Part shown: one piece after another, positions 62,556 through 64,000 of the stretch
How positions within the stretch are numbered: the stretch's first letter is position 1
Layout of the letters: the number at the start of each line of letters is the position of its first letter
From: Eledone cirrhosa
Lineage: Eukaryota
DNA: 64,000 bases
Assembly (NCBI GenBank): GCA_964016885.1
Contig: OZ024741.1
Span: 52,080,001 to 52,144,000 of the forward strand
Direction of reading: 5' to 3'
Translations under genes and position numbers: made by a program
Notes under the pieces: model-generated
The model's database searches: none
What the model saw: the letters and a program-made list of their open reading frames with translations, nothing else
Told to the model about the DNA's origin: nothing

Positions 62556-62689
62556 CAGATTTGTTTTATAAATAAATATTGACATACCCGGAAAAAAGAC
62601 AACCTCAAAGGTTGAAATTCGCTGGATAGTGGAGACACTTGAGGGTGATACAAATTTGTAAATATTTATTTATTTATAAAACAAATCTG

Positions 62690-62755
62690 TATTTTATCTG
62701 ATGAAAGCGCACCATAATTTACCTTGGTCACCCTTGAAATATATATAATAAAATA
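62690..62755 (+). ncRNA. Minimal type I hammerhead ribozyme (family A), right arm of fold-back 62446-62800
   Basis: Same motif on plus. Confidence 0.8.
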
Positions 62756-62885
62756 ATTATGGTTTTATAAATATAGTTTCCTTTTATTAATATATTGTAT
62801 ATTTACTCCACTAACTTGTTGAGTGCTTTATATTAGTTATAAAAAGTTTAAGCTTGTTGAATCCCAACAAATTAAATATAACCTC

Positions 62886-62954
<69 letters not shown>

Positions 62955-63100
62955 ATACTTTGGGAGGGTCATGTTGCCGATAAGAAACACACGCACCAGT
63001 TGCTTTCACTTCAATTTATTATAATAGATTTATAAATTTAGGAATTTATAAATTTCTGGTTGGTTGGTTGGTTCCACAACCAGATAGTTGTTTATATATT

Positions 63101-63143
63101 GTCAAAGTTCTTTCGTCACACATTCTGTGACCTCTTCAGTGAC
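63101..63143 (-). ncRNA. Minimal type I hammerhead motif (family C)
   Basis: GUCA-CUGAAGA-G-GUCAC(AGAAUGU)GUGAC-GAAA-G(AA)C-UU-UGAC; homologous to 21219-21263. Confidence 0.72.
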
Positions 63144-63532
63144 TGGGGATTCTTTTCTTTGTTTTTGTGCCTCTCCTTTGTTCTGTCCTACGCCATTTTG
63201 TTTCTGTGTGTGTGTTGTGTGCTCAGTCTGCGCATGCGCCACATCCGGGTGTCTGTGTGTGTTTATATTCGTTTATTTATTTGTTTATTTACATGTTACA
63301 GGTTGGTTGTTTGTTCTATGTGCGTGTGTGTTTTCATTTTGTCCTTAATTGTAGGTTGTGATGTTGCTGTTCCACTCATATTTTCTATTTAATTTTGGTT
63401 GTAATTCTTTTATGTTTATTGCCTCTGTGATTTGTCTAAACATTGCGTCTTTTCTGTGTGTAGATACTATTTTTATTTCTATGTTCTCTAATTTACCCTT
63501 GTGTTCTATTTTAGCATGTTGGTAGAGTACAG

Positions 63533-64000
63533 ATGATTCTTTACTATCTTAGCCAGGCTAACAAGATACTGAAAACCACCATGTTCTGTTGTCTACGAAA
63601 AACAATAACATCTCGACAACTACACTTCATAAAAGAATGTGCCTCGTCCCGAGTTTACACCAACACCATCAACACCGATGTAAGAAGATTACAACTCACC
63701 AAAAAGCAAGCAGATAGGCTAAAACGAACACTAATTCTAAACATAAAAAAGAAGATCTATAGAGAATTAAGTCATCAAGAAAAGCATAAGCGTAACCTAA
63801 TACGAGAACTAACTAAGATCACCACACCAAGAGAAAAACTAATATTTATAAGCCTTATACGTCCTGAAGAACAGTACATTACTCAAGAATGTGATAAGCA
63901 CTTTAACAAGAAACTAAAGTGGCTTAAGCAGATAAAACTAAATCAGGATACTGTAGAGAATACCAATAGATATCCCGACAAAATTGACGGTATAAATATG
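63533..64000 (+). CDS. Open-ended ORF (156 codons, no stop), probable N-terminus of a Penelope-like polyprotein
   Basis: Hand translation MILYYLSQANKILKTTMFCCLRKTITSRQLHFIKEC...HFNKKLKWLKQ...DGINM; basic and helical; follows an HHR-bearing repeat; product assignment is inference. Confidence 0.55.
   Translation, partial: MILYYLSQANKILKTTMFCCLRKTITSRQLHFIKECASSRVYTNTINTDVRRLQLTKKQADRLKRTLILNIKKKIYRELSHQEKHKRNLIRELTKITTPREKLIFISLIRPEEQYITQECDKHFNKKLKWLKQIKLNQDTVENTNRYPDKIDGINM

Overview
AT-rich, repeat-dense eukaryotic DNA with no host protein-coding gene that I can recognise. The SINE types and the (TA)n/(CA)n/(ATGT)n density suggest a cephalopod such as Octopus (inference). Nearly all ORFs on the supplied track are microsatellite read-throughs. 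Real coding remnants come from decayed mobile elements: CRE-like, CR1, RTE and R4/Dong LINEs, a deleted mariner, non-autonomous Helitrons and MITEs, tRNA-derived SINEs, and several Penelope-like elements (PLEs) with GIY-YIG endonuclease. One 156-codon ORF missed by the track runs off the right edge. The main signal is non-coding: more than 20 hammerhead-ribozyme (HHR)-like motifs from several sequence families. One family has a fixed non-canonical core, CAGAAGA instead of CUGANGA, in 8 copies. These motifs sit in PLE terminal repeats that repeatedly form fold-back palindromes, up to about 2.7 kb with a 2-nt loop, whose outer ends abut (TA)n tracts. Two tandem arrays (615-bp and 521-bp period) carry HHR-like cores and may be retrozyme-like. 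All RNA folds were paired by eye, coordinates of decayed elements are approximate, and no cleavage activity has been tested.
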